A stretch of DNA of 64,000 nucleotides from Eledone cirrhosa (lineage: Eukaryota), in NCBI GenBank assembly GCA_964016885.1, contig OZ024746.1, positions 66,588,001 through 66,652,000 of the forward strand, in the 5' to 3' direction. The notes under the pieces are model-generated. The model worked only from the letters and a program-made list of their open reading frames with translations, ran no database searches and was not told the origin of the DNA. The translations under genes and the position numbers were made by a program. Shown here in pieces: positions 27,590 through 44,618 of this stretch (its first letter is position 1; each line of letters starts with the position of its first letter).

Positions 27590-28190
27590 TTTCGATCTCT
27601 CTTCTGATCGAATTGGCTGCTTATTATTTCCTGACATCTATTTAGGTTATGGATTTAGGACTTCTCAACAGAGGGTTTGAAACAGTCAGTACGTTTCTGA
27701 GTATATGTGCGGGCCCATCCCGGGAGATTTTGAAGGGGGGCACTTTCTGTGGTGATGTCACACGGTCTCCTAACTGTTTAAATAGTATCAAGATCTGAGC
27801 TCCAATACCAACTGCATTTTCATGTTATTGGGGAATATTGGCAAAATACGTTTCATTTGGATCTTAGAGTCAATATAATAAATTGTTTGTTCTATTTCCT
27901 TTCAAGGTTATGATATGATGTCTTGTTAGCAATAAACTCATTAATCTGACATTCACAATTATAAGTATATAGTTAGTTTGTATAGAGAAGTCCTAAAGCA
28001 TTTTGATGTTCTCTCATCTCCAAGGAGACTAAATTTGTCTTGCAATTACCATTTATCGGACATCTCTTATATGTGTTTGCTTGTTGACCAGTGAATCGAT
28101 ATTAAATATCTTGCCATGTCTTCATTTTGTGCTAGACTTTTTCATACGTTTGGGTGTGGGTTAGATATTATGTATTAACGCACCACGAGG
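27590..28190 (-). mobile_element. Very degenerate CR1-like LINE 3' remnant
   Basis: Minus-strand fragments resemble SLERRR and LP..LRN, with a terminal AANSI. Heavily decayed. Confidence 0.35.
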
Positions 28191-28354
28191 GTTACTTCAC
28201 TCTTTCAGCAATACATTTATAATTATTTCCCTTATTGTTATTCTCACTGCTTTATCTTCGGTAATCTCCACTTTCCTCTACTTGATGTAAACCCATTCTG
28301 TGTTATTTTGTCCTTGTAGTGACTTGGACTCCGGTGGCAAATAACAAAAATCAT

Positions 28355-28482
28355 TATGGTCTGAGTTCAAATCCCACCGGGGTTAACTTTGCCTTTCATC
28401 CTTACGGTGTCGATAAAATAAAGTACCAGTAATGTATTGGGATAATTGCTGGCCTTGTGCCAAAAGTAGAAACAATTATTAT
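28355..28482 (+). mobile_element. SINE (5'-degenerate)
   Basis: B-box GAGTTCAAATCC, the SINE body and an (ATT)n tail. Confidence 0.85.
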
Positions 28483-28494
28483 TACTAATAATAT

Positions 28495-29005
28495 TATTGG
28501 AGCAGATATTGCAAAGCTGTACCTTAAGATAAAGGAAGGCAGGAGAGGTTTAATGACGGTTGAGCAATGTGTACCTAGCGAGTGCAACGGGTTTGGGGAC
28601 TATCTAACATTAACCAAACAAAAACTACTCAGAGAAGTGAATATCTGATTGAAGATTTTTATAGCAGAAAGTCAAGGTATGAAAGCCTTTGGAGAGAAAC
28701 AAAAACACACATGGAAAGAAAGGGCGCTTAATGTCAAATTTCCAGTTGCTATTACAGATATTGTTAATCCTATTTCTTGGCTTTGGCTTTGGTTTGGTTG
28801 GATTATTATTACTGCCGCACACGACCTGGAACTCATAACCAATTGGGTGAAAGCTAAACATTGATGAAGGATGCTATAAAGCAGATGAATCTTTGGCACA
28901 TATCACTAGTGCACGAGAGTACTTAGCAAAAATACGTTGGAGTTGTGCAAAAAATACAACATCGAAAAGCAATGTCAGTGGTACGCATATAACCTTCTTG
29001 AATGC
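28495..29005 (+). mobile_element. R4/Dong-clade non-LTR remnant
   Basis: ADIAKLYLKIKEGRRGL (cf. RLYxxRxxGGRGL), IITAAHDLEL (cf. AAQDQAL), a decayed C-x-x-C..E...HI motif and ELCKKY. Confidence 0.65.
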
Positions 29006-32000
29006 TGCCTATCACGATTGATAAACTAAAGCACCAGTAATGTACTGGGGTCGATATAATCGACTATCCTCTCCACTTCAAATTGCTGGTCTTGTGCCTA
29101 AAGTAGAAACAATTATTATTATTTATTTCTATGTTCACGAAGCCCATATCTAACACGTCAATCTGGTAAGTATTTATTTAATCGGCAATATTGTTCCCTA
29201 ATTACGTGATGCAAACAAGAAACATCTTCAAATGGAGAAATGTAAGTACAAATGATTATTTGTTGCATGCATATTCATCACAAGTTCATTGTGACATTAT
29301 TATATACATCTAAGCAAACCGATGAGTGAAAAAACGAACTTTTTTGTATCAACTATTTGCCTTCTTCCCCCTATCTCTTTACCGTTGTTGATGTTTGTTT
29401 CACTCTACACACCTCGCTGAATCAATTAACATTAGCATGAATGCTACAAATTCAATTTGTAATTATTATTTTTGTTTATAAATCTTTCCTTGATTGTCAA
29501 AAGTGATTTGAAGAAATTTACACAGTGGGAGCGTGAATCTACTGCAAAATAACATACATTGTTTTATTCTATTCATAGAAAAGATAGCCTTCGTAAAAAT
29601 AAAAGCATAACAGTTCACAGCAAATATCTCGTTGTTACGTCATACAAACGATTAACATGATAGCGCATATGCATTAGAGTGCTTAAACATAAAATGGTGT
29701 CATATCTGAAAATATTAGAAAAATATTACGTAAAAGAGTAAAAGAAAACTTACAGTTGTTGAATATTTCTCGAGTGGTATTACGTTATAGATTTTAAAAA
29801 TATATAAAGTTTCATTAAAATAATAAAATTGTATTCATGTATTTCATGAAGGTGGTTTACTACGAAGACACTGTTAGACAATATTCAATTACTAGCTTGG
29901 ATTACATTGAATGAGATGTAAATACATTTAAGAAGCAGCTGATGTAATAACAACTGTATTAAAAACGATATATGCAAAGTGTTACAACATTTGATATATA
30001 CTAGTTTCTAGAAGCATAACTATATTTCATAATCCCTATGTCAACACAGTGCTTTAAAATATTGATTTTGAATTGAGAGCTGTTATTCGACAGCGACAGT
30101 CTGCGGAATAGTCCTGCTACCTGGCCTTCAGTACTAAAATGTCAGTCTGATCAATCAATCGATGTAATATGAACAGATATTCCATTTCGGTACTCATGGA
30201 AACGTTAATAATAGTAAAACATATTGGATGGTATTTAAAATTTCATTCTGAAATAACACATTTTTCTCCTTCGATGATTTACAGAAGAAGAATAGAATAT
30301 TAAAAAGAATATATTTTGAGCATAATTATTCTATTATTTTTTTTCAAAGAAACTTGAGAATTATTTGAAATTTCAAAGAAATTAGTATGGCTTCGTAGAG
30401 AAGATATTTGTATGACATATTATAGCAAAATAATTTTTCTTCTTATCATGATTTTCCATCTAGAATGGACGGTCTCATGAATGAAATAGTGCTTACATTC
30501 GAAATGACTACAACAACATCAAAACTATAATGCACACCAAATATGCACACAAATAGTTCTTACGTACACATTCACAAGACCCAGCGTATATATAAGAACA
30601 TTAAAGGCAATATCAATGTATATGATGCGAAGTATATTGAGTAGTGAATCAGAAGGTAATTACGTGTTTACATGACGATGAAGACCTTAAAAATACAGTA
30701 TTCGATATTTTCCTGAAGCCTTTTAAACCTATGTTTTTATTCAATAGAAAATGATTATATTCTAATACAAATCCATTAGTAATCAAGAGGTATAGCTATC
30801 CTGATATTCTAAAGGCCATTTTAGCTTTTGAAAAAAGAACTTAATCTCTAGATGAGATGTCCCCCAGAAAAGGTATTGATAGAGAACCCAACATTCGTTC
30901 TACATTTCTCTCTCTGCATTTAACAAACATCAGGTTATTGTTTTACCACTGACAATAATATTATATTAAGCACTCGAATTCATAACATTTGCTAAATTGT
31001 TTCATTTCATAGAGCAATAATTATGTAATGGATGAACACAGACAACTGATTTCAAGATGAAACAATATTTATGATTAGTAGATAGAAATGAATTAAAGAC
31101 TAAATAGATCTAATTAGAAATATAAAAGATTAGAGAGAGAAAATTATATATTTATCTATATATAATGTATTGCGTATAATGCCAATACAACAATTTATAT
31201 CTAGCTTATCTATTTTTTGTCACTCTTCTCTTTCTATTCCTCTTGATATGCATCTATCTATCTATCTCTACTTCTTTCTATTCCTCTTTATATGCTATAT
31301 CTACCTCACTCTATGCCTCTATCCTTTCACCTCTCTGTGAATCGCTTCTTGTATCGCTATCTTACCTGTTATCTCTATGCCACTCATGTTATCTATGTGT
31401 ATGACAAAACTAAAATGAAAGACATTTACTTTTTCTTCTTTTCTTTTATTCCACGTGTTATGCTTCTGTCACATCTCTCTCTTACCTCTCCCTTATTCTA
31501 GCCGTTTACTAAAACTAACTATATTGTATCTCATTGATTTCAACCTCTCTATCGCTCTTTCGTTCTCCCTTCCTTTCTATATTTGTCTTTCTTTTGTCAC
31601 GTATAATGATATATAACACTTGACATCACCTCTTAATCTTCTAGTTCACTACTTCCATAACCTCGCTATCATCTAGAAATGTCTGTCTGTATTTACCTTG
31701 CCATTTCCGCACACCCTATATTCTTGCATCAACTCATCTACTTTTATGATAGTAATTACTTTATTTTCTCCATGTCTCTTTTTATCATGCCGATTATAGT
31801 CTAGGTAATTTACTAATGTCAGAATAGCACCACACACATACACACATAAGAAGAATGTATTGCGTAAATCCAATGTTTATTCTACAATTACTAATTTGTT
31901 CAGTTAAAATTATCCCTCCTAATGCCAAGTTATGCCATGCTATCTTTATAGAGTTTTGTGTTATCTAACACTAATGAAATGTGCTCAGTCATTGTACTAT

Positions 32001-32704
32001 GTAATGAAATTGTAATGACAAATTTGTGTGTCACTCGTATCTAGCATTTCGGTCAAAGACATGATAGAAATATATGAATATTTCAGAACAAAATTCATAT
32101 CGGTTTATTATTGCAAATTACAGAGGCCACTACTGAACAGAACATCACAAATGGTATATCATTTGATTAAAGATAGAGTTAAATCAGAAATTGTAATATC
32201 ATAGATCTCTGCAATGGATTTCACAATTTGAATATACTGCTTTTCAACATAGTGAACGCTCTAAATTTACCACATGCCCAGATTTTAGAGTTAAACCAGA
32301 CCTCACATTAAATCTACCTCTATTTAAATGAAAGAATATATATACCAGATTTGCTATAGAAGATTTCGTATGTGATGATATTTATACTATTTAAAACTGA
32401 TCACGTTGTGTCGTAACATTTTCTTTATTTGTTTCCATTTAATATTATATCTCATAAATGTATATGTGTGTTTTCTAATACAATGTAATATTCTACAATT
32501 ATTTGTTTTCTGTGAATGTGAAAGATATGATCTTACTATCTCCGAAATTTAAAATACGGTTCATTTATTATGCTTTGAAAGTCATAAACCCATGTTTACA
32601 TATAAAACATCAATAAACCCGAATAAATTCTAATTTTACAACAGTATTTATAATACACCTTGAAATAGCTATTAACTTCAAATAGACGTCATGCTACCAA
32701 TTAC

Positions 32705-32779
32705 CTTTTCTTTAGCCGTCCCCCTGAAGGAAATCGCCTCCGAATCCTTTAGTAAAGTAAATGTTGAAGTTTCTAGATC
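32705..32779 (-). CDS. Candidate host-gene exon (DLETSTFTLLKDSEAISFRGTAKEK)
   Basis: Polypyrimidine tract then cag|75 nt|AAG-GTAATT, phase 0-0. GC content is higher than the flanks. Confidence 0.55.
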
Positions 32780-33020
32780 CTGCCAGCATAAATCAATAAA
32801 AGAAAAAAAAAATAACAACACTGATTGTAGTATACATACATTTTCTCATACATGTTGACATACAATATGAGATGGGGAATGATATTCCGATATATTTCTT
32901 GTATGATATAGGATAATGTAGCCCGGAACAATTATATATGTAATATGTAAATTAAGAACAATTGTCTGCAGACTGTCAATATATTAATCATACTAAGAAT
33001 AGGACAACACAAATGCTTAC

Positions 33021-33074
33021 ATCCAATGAATATATTGATATCTTCAATATTATTTTCTGTGATTTCTCAAAATT
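33021..33074 (-). CDS. Candidate host-gene exon (NFEKSQKIILKISIYSLD)
   Basis: tag|54 nt|GTAAGC, phase 0-0. The acceptor is weak. Confidence 0.35.
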
Positions 33075-33844
33075 CTACGGTTTAATAGATTTTATATCAT
33101 TAAAGAATATTGCTACTATACCAGAACATCTGATGGCGAAGAGAAATATCTACATCTGTCGAGCCCTGTATGTGCCGCAAATCGCACAACCACTTTATAC
33201 ACTGCATTAAAATAGTGATTGAATACATGTGTATACATTTATACACACACTGACGCTGTTATTTCTGCATATCGTTGCCAATATACGTACATTTATTATG
33301 TTTAACACCAATAATCTCAAAATATGTCACAGAAAAATGGAGATGCTCAAAACAACTGTAATGAACCAGAATAGGGACGTAATTTAGTAAAGTATATAAT
33401 ATGTATATTATGGAAGAATTGCAAGGGATATTCTTACGTTAGAACAGGAATATCCATATAATGAGGTACACAATAGAAACATAATCAAATAATGTACAGA
33501 AGGCAATTATCTGTTCATAGAAATCGACAATAGATTCAGAAAAACGGTCATGTTGGTTAATGTATCTTCTATAAAAAAAAAAAGAAGAATATCTTCTTTC
33601 CTTTTTTCAATAGTTGTTTCATTGAAGGATACACCAATGGAGAATATAGTTTCCTTTAAGTCTTCGCTCCTTTTTATTCAGAATAACAAATACAGAAACA
33701 TATGTGAAAACGGCAGACACAAAATAGTTTATGGGATTCTATAAACTCAAATCAAAGGAAATGGAAGCACTAACGTGTCGTATCAATGGTTAAAAATATA
33801 AATATAGAACAGCATATCATTTCTTTGAAGCAGATGTTGAGAAA

Positions 33845-33987
<143 letters not shown>

Positions 33988-34367
33988 ACACGGAGAGGGC
34001 AGTGTGGGAAAGAGGAAATCGATATGTATACTTTTTCTGCTAAGCAGTATATCAAAAAAGCTCATGAAACATAGTTTTCTACAATTTAAGTTATAGACGA
34101 ATAAAATTCCCATTATATATCTTAGGAAGGAATTTTTTCGTATGTTTTGTGCGAATATTGTAAGCTATAACAAAGTAATAATTTTTTAAGCATTATTATT
34201 ACGGGGTCGATAAAATAAAGTACCAGTAATGCACCAGAATAATTGTTGGCCTTGTGCCAAAAGTAGAAACAATTATTAAAGTAAATAAAATCATAAGTAT
34301 CAGTGTTATTCGAGACTGTGCACAACTCCATCATATATTTTTTCGGTATTCCGACCCAAATAAGTAA

Positions 34368-34435
<68 letters not shown>

Positions 34436-34454
34436 ATATATATATATATATGCA

Positions 34455-34490
<36 letters not shown>

Positions 34491-35279
34491 TCTATATATA
34501 TATATGTGTATATTTATGAAAATAACAGATTAAAGTTTAAGCATAGAATCGCTGCATTCACCCTTAACGGGGTCTTCTGAAACTAAAAAAAAATCAATCT
34601 GTGAACGCAGAAGTAAATATTTAAAAAAAACGTTGCAACCGAAGGAAAACAGGAAGACGATACTTTGGTTCGTGAATACTTTCCCTGGCAATAAACGGAA
34701 ACACCGAAGATAATACGTCGTTATGGGGAGGTATAAGAACAATTACACGCAAAACAAAACCACGTTTATGGTATAAATGAAGTCGTAGACTAGTATTCTA
34801 TTTAGGAAACCGAATGATTCTCGGCTTCAGAGTTAAGTATAAGGTAAATAAATTAGTAGGACGAAAATGACAGAGGTTATTAAACTCAATAATAATAAAT
34901 ATATACATACACGCATCTATATACGTACATACACGTGCATACGCGAAAACCCTCGCCACGCATGCATATACATGTACATACACATAAACACGCGCACACA
35001 TACATAAACCCGCGCGACACCATTACATACACACATACAAACGTATACACCAAATACACTCACACACATATATACGTATAATAACGCACGCACCCACGTA
35101 CCTACAGGTAAATACACATATTTTCACCAAACGAGCGTCACCCAAAACACAATGTACTCAAATACACACCTATATAGAGATCTCTAACAAGACGCCAATA
35201 TTCTACCGTTGACTTATTCGGTAGTTGATGCTGATTTACAAACAGCGCCACGTGATCTGAACGCATAAATAGATACAAA

Positions 35280-35425
35280 CTAGCAGAATGGCCCGGCCTT
35301 GCTCGGGATTTGCTCTAGGGTCCTTATATATTTGATATATATTTATCCTTATCGAGCCTCGTGAAATAAATACGTTTGTTTATATTTTGTTATTGTGTAT
35401 GCAAACATATCTGTACACGAATATA

Positions 35426-35462
<37 letters not shown>

Positions 35463-36218
35463 CAGTACAGAGAAGTGCGGAATACCTCGGCCTCGGTATG
35501 GTGTCTGCATTTTGTGCTTATAAAAGAAAATCGTCGCAGATTACCAGGGTTTTTTTCCGTACAAAGAAAATCAATACTTTATCGCGAAATAAATTATTTT
35601 CTTTATATTTTGTTATTGTGTATGTAAAAATATATGTACATGAATATATAATTATATATATATATATATATATATAGTAAAATAACAGATTAAAGATTAA
35701 GCAAAGAATCGGTGCTTTCACCCTTAACGGGATCTTCTGAAACAAAATAAATCGATCTGTGAACGCAGAAGTAAATATTTCGAATAACGTTACACACTAT
35801 CTAAATATATATATTCAGGTTTGAGGTTCACCACTGGATAGAGCTGGTCAATTCCGTATGGTCAATCTTAATGTAATAATATGGAGAGTACTCAACGTAA
35901 AGCAGTTCAACCGTCTTTGTTTTTGTAGTTGGTGGTGCTAGTACGGAGTTAAATATTATAATGAAATGACAGGAGGCTGGACTTGTGTATTTACTTGAAA
36001 GGTTGAACAGCTTTACGTTCTAAACCTTTCAAGGATTTACCCAAGTCCAGCCTCCTGTCATTTCATTATAATATTTAACTCCGTACTAGCACCACCAACT
36101 ATAAAAACAAAGACGGTAGAACTGCTTTACGTCGATACTGAACCCGGTCATTGAAATGATCATAGTATAATAAACCTTTCAAGGATTTATACAAGTCCAG
36201 CCTCCTGTCATTTCATTA

Positions 36219-36291
<73 letters not shown>

Positions 36292-36589
36292 TTATTAAAA
36301 TAACAGATTAAAGTTTGTCGTAATGCACACAGCCAGACATACAATCATATTATAAGGGCGCAACGTTATATCTATGTATCTATCTAAAAAGAAAGACTAA
36401 GAATTATAGAGAGAGATCGCTAAATCGTGTAATGCGGTCCCTAGGGCATTGAACATTTGAAATTCCTTTTTCTCAAAACACTCACAGGACCATAAGTATT
36501 ACATGTGTAAAGTCTGAAAACAATCGATTGGGTGGTTCTCAAGTTTTAGTGAGCTGGCAGACAGACATTCTCTGTTTTTGATATATAGA
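35280..36589 (-). mobile_element. Non-autonomous Helitron-like element with nested repeats
   Basis: The minus-strand 3' end has a GC hairpin (CCCGAGCAAGGCCGGG) then CTAG|T. The 5' end is A|TCTATATATC near an (ACAG)n tract. Contains fragments of the family D and 46545-type pLTRs. Confidence 0.55.
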
Positions 36590-36857
36590 TAACAGCTTGC
36601 TCTTAATTTATATTCTTCACCTCGTGTTTTGAATTTCACGTACTTATTTTCATTCATCCGTCGAGCTAGACTTCGTGAAACCACTGAAAATGCAGCCATA
36701 TATATACATATATGTAACTGTTAATATAAAAATCGTCTTGTTCTACGTTGTTTTCCAATTGCTATTTAACTCGTTTCTGACCTTCACACACACATACACA
36801 CACATAAACACACACACAGATGTACGCACGCGCACACCCATACACACAGATTACAGA

Positions 36858-36888
<31 letters not shown>

Positions 36889-36893
36889 GCGCG

Positions 36894-36969
<76 letters not shown>

Positions 36970-37294
36970 TAAATTGAAGTACCAAAGAGGTACTTCAATT
37001 TCATTTTGTAATTATTTTACAAAAAAGGTTTAAAGAAATACAGGGAGAGTTATTTAATCTATGCCACACAAACAAAGCAATTGCTTAATCGTGCTCCATT
37101 AGCCTTTAGAAATATTAAATGAAAAGGATCTTTAATATGATTTTTTAAATAAGCTATACAGTAGGGTCTATTGCATGTATTAACAAATGTTTCATTGGCT
37201 CGATGTGTTTAAATATCTCTATCTGCAGTGTCGCTTTGACATTCGATTATAAATACTGTTGTCACCAGCGAAATTATCATATATATATATATAT

Positions 37295-37469
<175 letters not shown>

Positions 37470-37864
37470 TGCAGTTATTAGGTTTGACATTTAGAACGTT
37501 AGGGATATTAAAATCTTATAAAATCTCATAACATCATATAAAAATGCCGCACGTGTATATACTTTCATACATAAACCGCACAACATCTTTTGAAATCGTT
37601 AATGATATAGTTATTTACAATTGAATCCGCGTGTCGAGATATGATGGAGTGTAACATGAAAATGCTAAAAGTGTAACTGGAAATCAAACACCCGATTTCA
37701 GGATCGATTGCCGAAAGCTTTGACAGCTAAGCCATGTAGCATCAATTGTATGATGTAGTGAATGAGATATATATATTCACAAATCAACAAAGGTTTTGTT
37801 AGTTCCCAATTTATGATTAAGCTCTGTCCAAATCTGAATAAATGAATTCACTTGAAGTTTATTA

Positions 37865-38047
37865 TTGGCAGTATCGGTAGGGGATCGGCCGCCATGCTTT
37901 CCAGCATAGTTACGTCCCTTTACGATCTGAGTTCAAATCCCGCCGAGGTTGACTTTGCCTTTCATCCCTACGGGGTCGATAAAATAAAGTACCCGTAATG
38001 CACTGGATAGTTGCTGGCCTTGTGCCTAAAGTAGAAACAATTATTAT
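37865..38047 (+). mobile_element. tRNA-derived SINE
   Basis: Same family as 26519-26693. Confidence 0.9.
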
Positions 38048-39619
38048 TTTGAGAAAACTATTGAATACATCTCGATATTCTATATTATTAATTAAGACCT
38101 ATAAGTTTGAAACATTTTATGAATACAAATGTTCAGATTAAAAAAGAATCATGCGTCGATAATAACTAATGTAATTTTACTCAACTAAAAATATGATGGA
38201 GTTTTGGAAAAGTGAACATTAAAATGATCAATATTCTTCGCACTTCATTTTCTACGTGTTTGTACGAAAATGATAGCAGTCTCTACCCATAATTCCGATG
38301 TTCTGCCAACTACCTATGGGTAGATGTAAACGTCCCACAGGCTTTATGAATTTTGCTTCGAGATAATGAGAATGGAGGTGGTTCAATCACAAAGCATAGA
38401 ATTTCAGGCGAGTATTTTTATCATAACCATAGGGTGATCCACTAGTGCGTGAAATCTGTTAGACAGAATCCACCTGGAAATTTGAAGGATTAATTAATGA
38501 TTCAGTAACTAAGAAAACAAGCCTTGTCACATATTGTGTCAACTTTATCTGTATGAGAATTATGTTTAAGGTACCCGCATGCCGGGAATATTCAACAATA
38601 AACTCGTTTCTATAATCGTTACTTTAATCAGTTAATATCTTAACAAAATACTCATCATATAAACAGATAGAGGATCCTTCATTATATGTGCATATATTGA
38701 GACTTGTGCGTGTATAAATGTGTAGTTGTCTGTGTTTGTGTATGCGTGTTTGAAAGTGTCCATGCATTTGTATCTGGAAATATATATAAGTGAATAGTTA
38801 TTTACATGAACAGGATATGTAATTTTATTTTTCGTCTCAAGCACAGATGACTGCCGGACTGTGGATAATTCTTTTTGTGAATCTCACATGTGCTCTCGCT
38901 TGTGCTGTCTCAGTGAGATATTATGCTCGTAAATATTCAACTCAAAAGAAATGTGCTGCTGGATTTCCTTTGGTATATAGGTTTTAGTTTTCATTCTTGG
39001 ACTTGGGAATGCTCAACTCTGAAACTAATATATACGTAAGAAAAATAAAATATATATATACTAGCAGCATTTAACACCTGAATGATATTTCAGAATATTA
39101 CAACATATATATGTCCATAGCGCTACCTGCATTTATTTTTACTATCTAAATGTTGAGAAGTACAAAGACAAATGGGAATATTTCGAATGATCCTATACTC
39201 AAGAACCAGTGAAGTGGGCAAACTCAGAAGTTGTTTTACTTTACAGTTGTGTCCGTTAAATTAGTCAGATATTACATTAAAGCTGCATATGTTACATCTA
39301 ATGTATAGTTCCATATTTTCACAGTGTATCTCCACTATTCCACACCTATTATAAACACTACAATTTATAATACAATAGAAATTCTTATTTGCTAAAATTA
39401 GCAACACATTTATAAATAGTGTTGTTTGGTTAGCGCATCGTGGATCGAATTTGCTCTCTACCATTGCACTGTATCCTGTATATTTTCGTGTTCTGGTTGA
39501 TTAGACTTGGTAATGTCGAGTTAACATTGCTTTCTTATAATAACCCCTAACGTAAGGCGGGATGTGTTGGCATCTAATGGGGCTATTGCATGAGCATCGT
39601 TTTGTTGATTTGTAGAACG

Positions 39620-39860
39620 TTTTGTGCAATGCTGTGTATGCAATTTGAAGATCTGGAGAGAAGCCATTGTCGTCACCATTCAGAAAAGTGGAAATATTAC
39701 AGGCGATACTGCAAGCTACTAGCCAATCTCTCTAGTTTGTAGATCGTACAAGTTATATGAATGGCTTCTCCTGGTTAGGTGTGGCCCTTTATTAAAACCA
39801 ACTCTGTCTAAGTCGCCAGCAGGATTCAGACTACAAAATATGACCCAATAAATATGGTAG
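39620..39860 (+). mobile_element. Decayed LINE reverse transcriptase N-terminal fragment
   Basis: KIWREAIVVTIQKSG...SY*PISLVC..YKLYE...AGFR (cf. YRPISL, QAGFR). Confidence 0.6.
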
Positions 39861-40689
39861 TCGCGCTACCATAACACGAAACTGAGACGGATTTTAGGAC
39901 ATTGTTTTATATATTCATCTACAGAACGATTATTGTAAATATTGAATCAATCGGGCAAAATGATGAATGTGCTCGCTTAAAATATACTGTTTTGTCGCAG
40001 GTTTCCTGACGCTGAGATATAGTAAAAGTATCGGGGATATGGTGTACCATCCACTTTTGGAATCAATTTACTAATATTTCAATGAGTCAAACTTCAACTA
40101 ACTTTCATAGTAAGGAAACCCGCTGTGAATCTACTTAATTTTACTAACTCACACTCGTGAATCAACGCATATATAAGTGGGCTGTATATGTAAGCATGTA
40201 TATATGAGAAAATGAAACAACACCGAATATAATTCATTGATGATATATATCTGTTTAAGTCTTGGTATAGTAGTAGAAATATTCGTAGTTTCAGACGTTA
40301 CTCCTTTGTCGGGAAAAAAAGAAGAAATATAAGAAATAGCACTACAGAAAAGAGCAGAAAAAACGTGTGTATACTCTTTTGCATGCATATGCAATTTCAT
40401 GAGAAAAAAAATTACTTTCACAAATCAATAAATTACAAATAATGGGAATTCATTCCTAAGTTTTTTTCTTCTTGTTTTATCTCCTTATCCTATATAAATT
40501 AGTGCCTGTCCATTAACTGTCCATTAACTGATTGCTCTTACCCTTGGATATTTCTACTAAACGTTTACAACAGTATATATATATACTACTTTTGAAAGGC
40601 AGAAGAACTGTGAAACCGGTAAAGGAACCAAATAAATATATATTTAAAAAAAAAAAGACTCCAGTTCATTTTCGATTTTATCTTTTTTC

Positions 40690-41390
40690 CTTATACTTTC
40701 ACTCGTGTAGGACATCTCGCCATGCCCACATAGGATTTGACCTCCTGTGGTTCGTTTGGTCGGTTGGAAGTTACCACAGCTTCATAGATTACAGCTGGTG
40801 TGTTGCATTGCTGTTGAAGGGGGCAAGCTTCAGGCTTACGGCAAGAGCACCCTGGTGGAGTGTTGCTCCTAGGGCTGCTGGTGATGTGGGCCTTCATGTT
40901 CTTAGCGCAGGAGTATCCTAGTTTAACTTTGTGTCGGTTAAAGATGGAGCGGTATTTATGACCTATGGGGAAGTGTCTATCTAAGAGGGCTAGACATTTT
41001 TTTCCTACATTGGTTTTAACGTTGAGTGAGAAGGGAGGAGAGAACCAGATAGTTTGTCTATTGATGCGCTTACTTTTCTTATTGCCGTTGTTGTTAGTGG
41101 GAGAGTAGCTGATAGGTTGTGAGAAGCCGCTGTTAGCCAACGCCGTGTTATAGTAGGGTGCCGCCCTGTCAAAGATAGCCTTATTAGAGGAGGGGTTTGA
41201 GATTCTAGTACTGATATTCTTAACGAAGTTTCTAAATACAGTGGGAGGGTGGCATGAGTCCTTGTGAATGTAATTAAGTTTCTCGTTTAGCTCATGGAAG
41301 GGTCTGTGGGTGTGTGTGCGAAGGTCTAAATTAATGTCTAAGAAATCTACGCTAGAGAGGTTGGTGGCTACTGTTATCCTAAGGTCTATA
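40690..41390 (-). mobile_element. Second Naiad-like PLE remnant (RT thumb, linker, start of GIY-YIG)
   Basis: [52 protein letters not shown]...SYVG. Confidence 0.85.
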
Positions 41391-41393
41391 TAC

Positions 41394-41480
<87 letters not shown>

Positions 41481-41482
41481 TG

Positions 41483-41552
<70 letters not shown>

Positions 41553-42231
41553 CATATATGAAAGGAGAGAGAGATGGAAAGAGAGATATTAAAGATAAAG
41601 GTATGAGAGAGACAATAAAAGCAAAGAATAAATACAGATTAGACCAACAGATAAACAGCTAAATAGGTAGTTATAGATAAAAGGCAAATGTATTGATTTT
41701 TTATTCACGTTCTATCTCAATAAATTGAGTCAATTGCTTGAACGTTAGAAACATTCACCGATTGGAGGTCAGCCCTATTGATTTCAGACTCGTTATGTGG
41801 GATACAAGAAACTGATGTATATCTAGATAGGATTAGTCCAATAGGATTAGTGTATACAGCCGAGAATCGAAATCATATAGCAGACATATCTTTTCGGTTA
41901 GTCTCAATGTGCCCATATACTTTTACTCGTTTAAACAAACACACACCTAGACAATCAAAGTTCGAAGAATCTCTTTGATTGCAAAATCTTTATCGAATCC
42001 TGATTGACGAAACGCGATGTCAGAATGTATTAAGTTAACAATTTATAGACCCTTATTTGTCACATAAGGGTCTATAAATTGTTTAATTATTTAAAAGATT
42101 TAAAGTACATATTGACAAGATATTTCCACATGCCCAGAGTGGACACATAAGCGCACGCGCACACACGCACACGCGCACACACATACACACACATACACAC
42201 ACATATGCACACAAACAGGCACACACACACG

Positions 42232-43811
<1,580 letters not shown>

Positions 43812-43979
43812 TATATAATAAATATTATCTGAGTTTTTCGAATATTATTATTAATATTCTAAAACCTCAGCCATGTAGAGCGATAACTTTTAGTTAGTTA
43901 TATATATATATATAGTGTACACTACGTTTTCAGTAACCACAGACCCTGCCTCTTTACCTGTATATATATATATATATAT

Positions 43980-44158
43980 AACGAATGAGTTGTGGTAAGG
44001 AACCAGATGGACCATAACGCACCAGAGTACTCAATACTTAGGGTAGTGAGTGGGTAATAGGAAAATATATGACCCCGACGGCAGAGCTCAAGCCGTTTCG
44101 ACGGCTATTTCTGGACCGTTATGGTCCACCTGGTTCCTTACCACACTTCCTGCGTTAT
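43980..44158. repeat. Fold-back fragment of the Naiad pLTR 3' end
   Basis: Minus arm 43980-44116 and plus arm 44117-44158. Homologous to 13068-13203 and flanked by (TA)n. Confidence 0.85.
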
Positions 44159-44257
44159 ATATATATATATATATATATAATCAAGGTTTGAACACGGGAA
44201 TTTGAATATATAATCAGGGTTTGAACTCAGGAATTTTATATTCTCCGAGTGAGAAGA

Positions 44258-44341
44258 ACCCTCTGACGAGAGTCTTCTTCTCAATGGGTTTCCGTATGGA
44301 TTATCCATTTATTTTGATACTTGAAACCGCGCGGTAAGTGT
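44258..44341 (+). ncRNA. Candidate type I hammerhead (family F)
   Basis: ACCCT-CTGACGA-GAGT...ACTT-GAAA-CCGCGCGG-TA-AGTGT, with palindromic ACCGCGCGGT stem III. Stem I has one mismatch. Confidence 0.55.
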
Positions 44342-44411
44342 AAATATAGTAGGTACAGTAAACTTTTTAAAGTTTATTTTAAAACTCATTCTCTATATGC
44401 TAAACCTTGAT

Positions 44412-44471
<60 letters not shown>

Positions 44472-44472
44472 T

Positions 44473-44546
<74 letters not shown>

Positions 44547-44618
44547 ACAATTAGTCCTTCATCAGTGATCTTTCAACCTTCATTGGTATTTCATCACTTT
44601 AAAGATCATATACTACTT

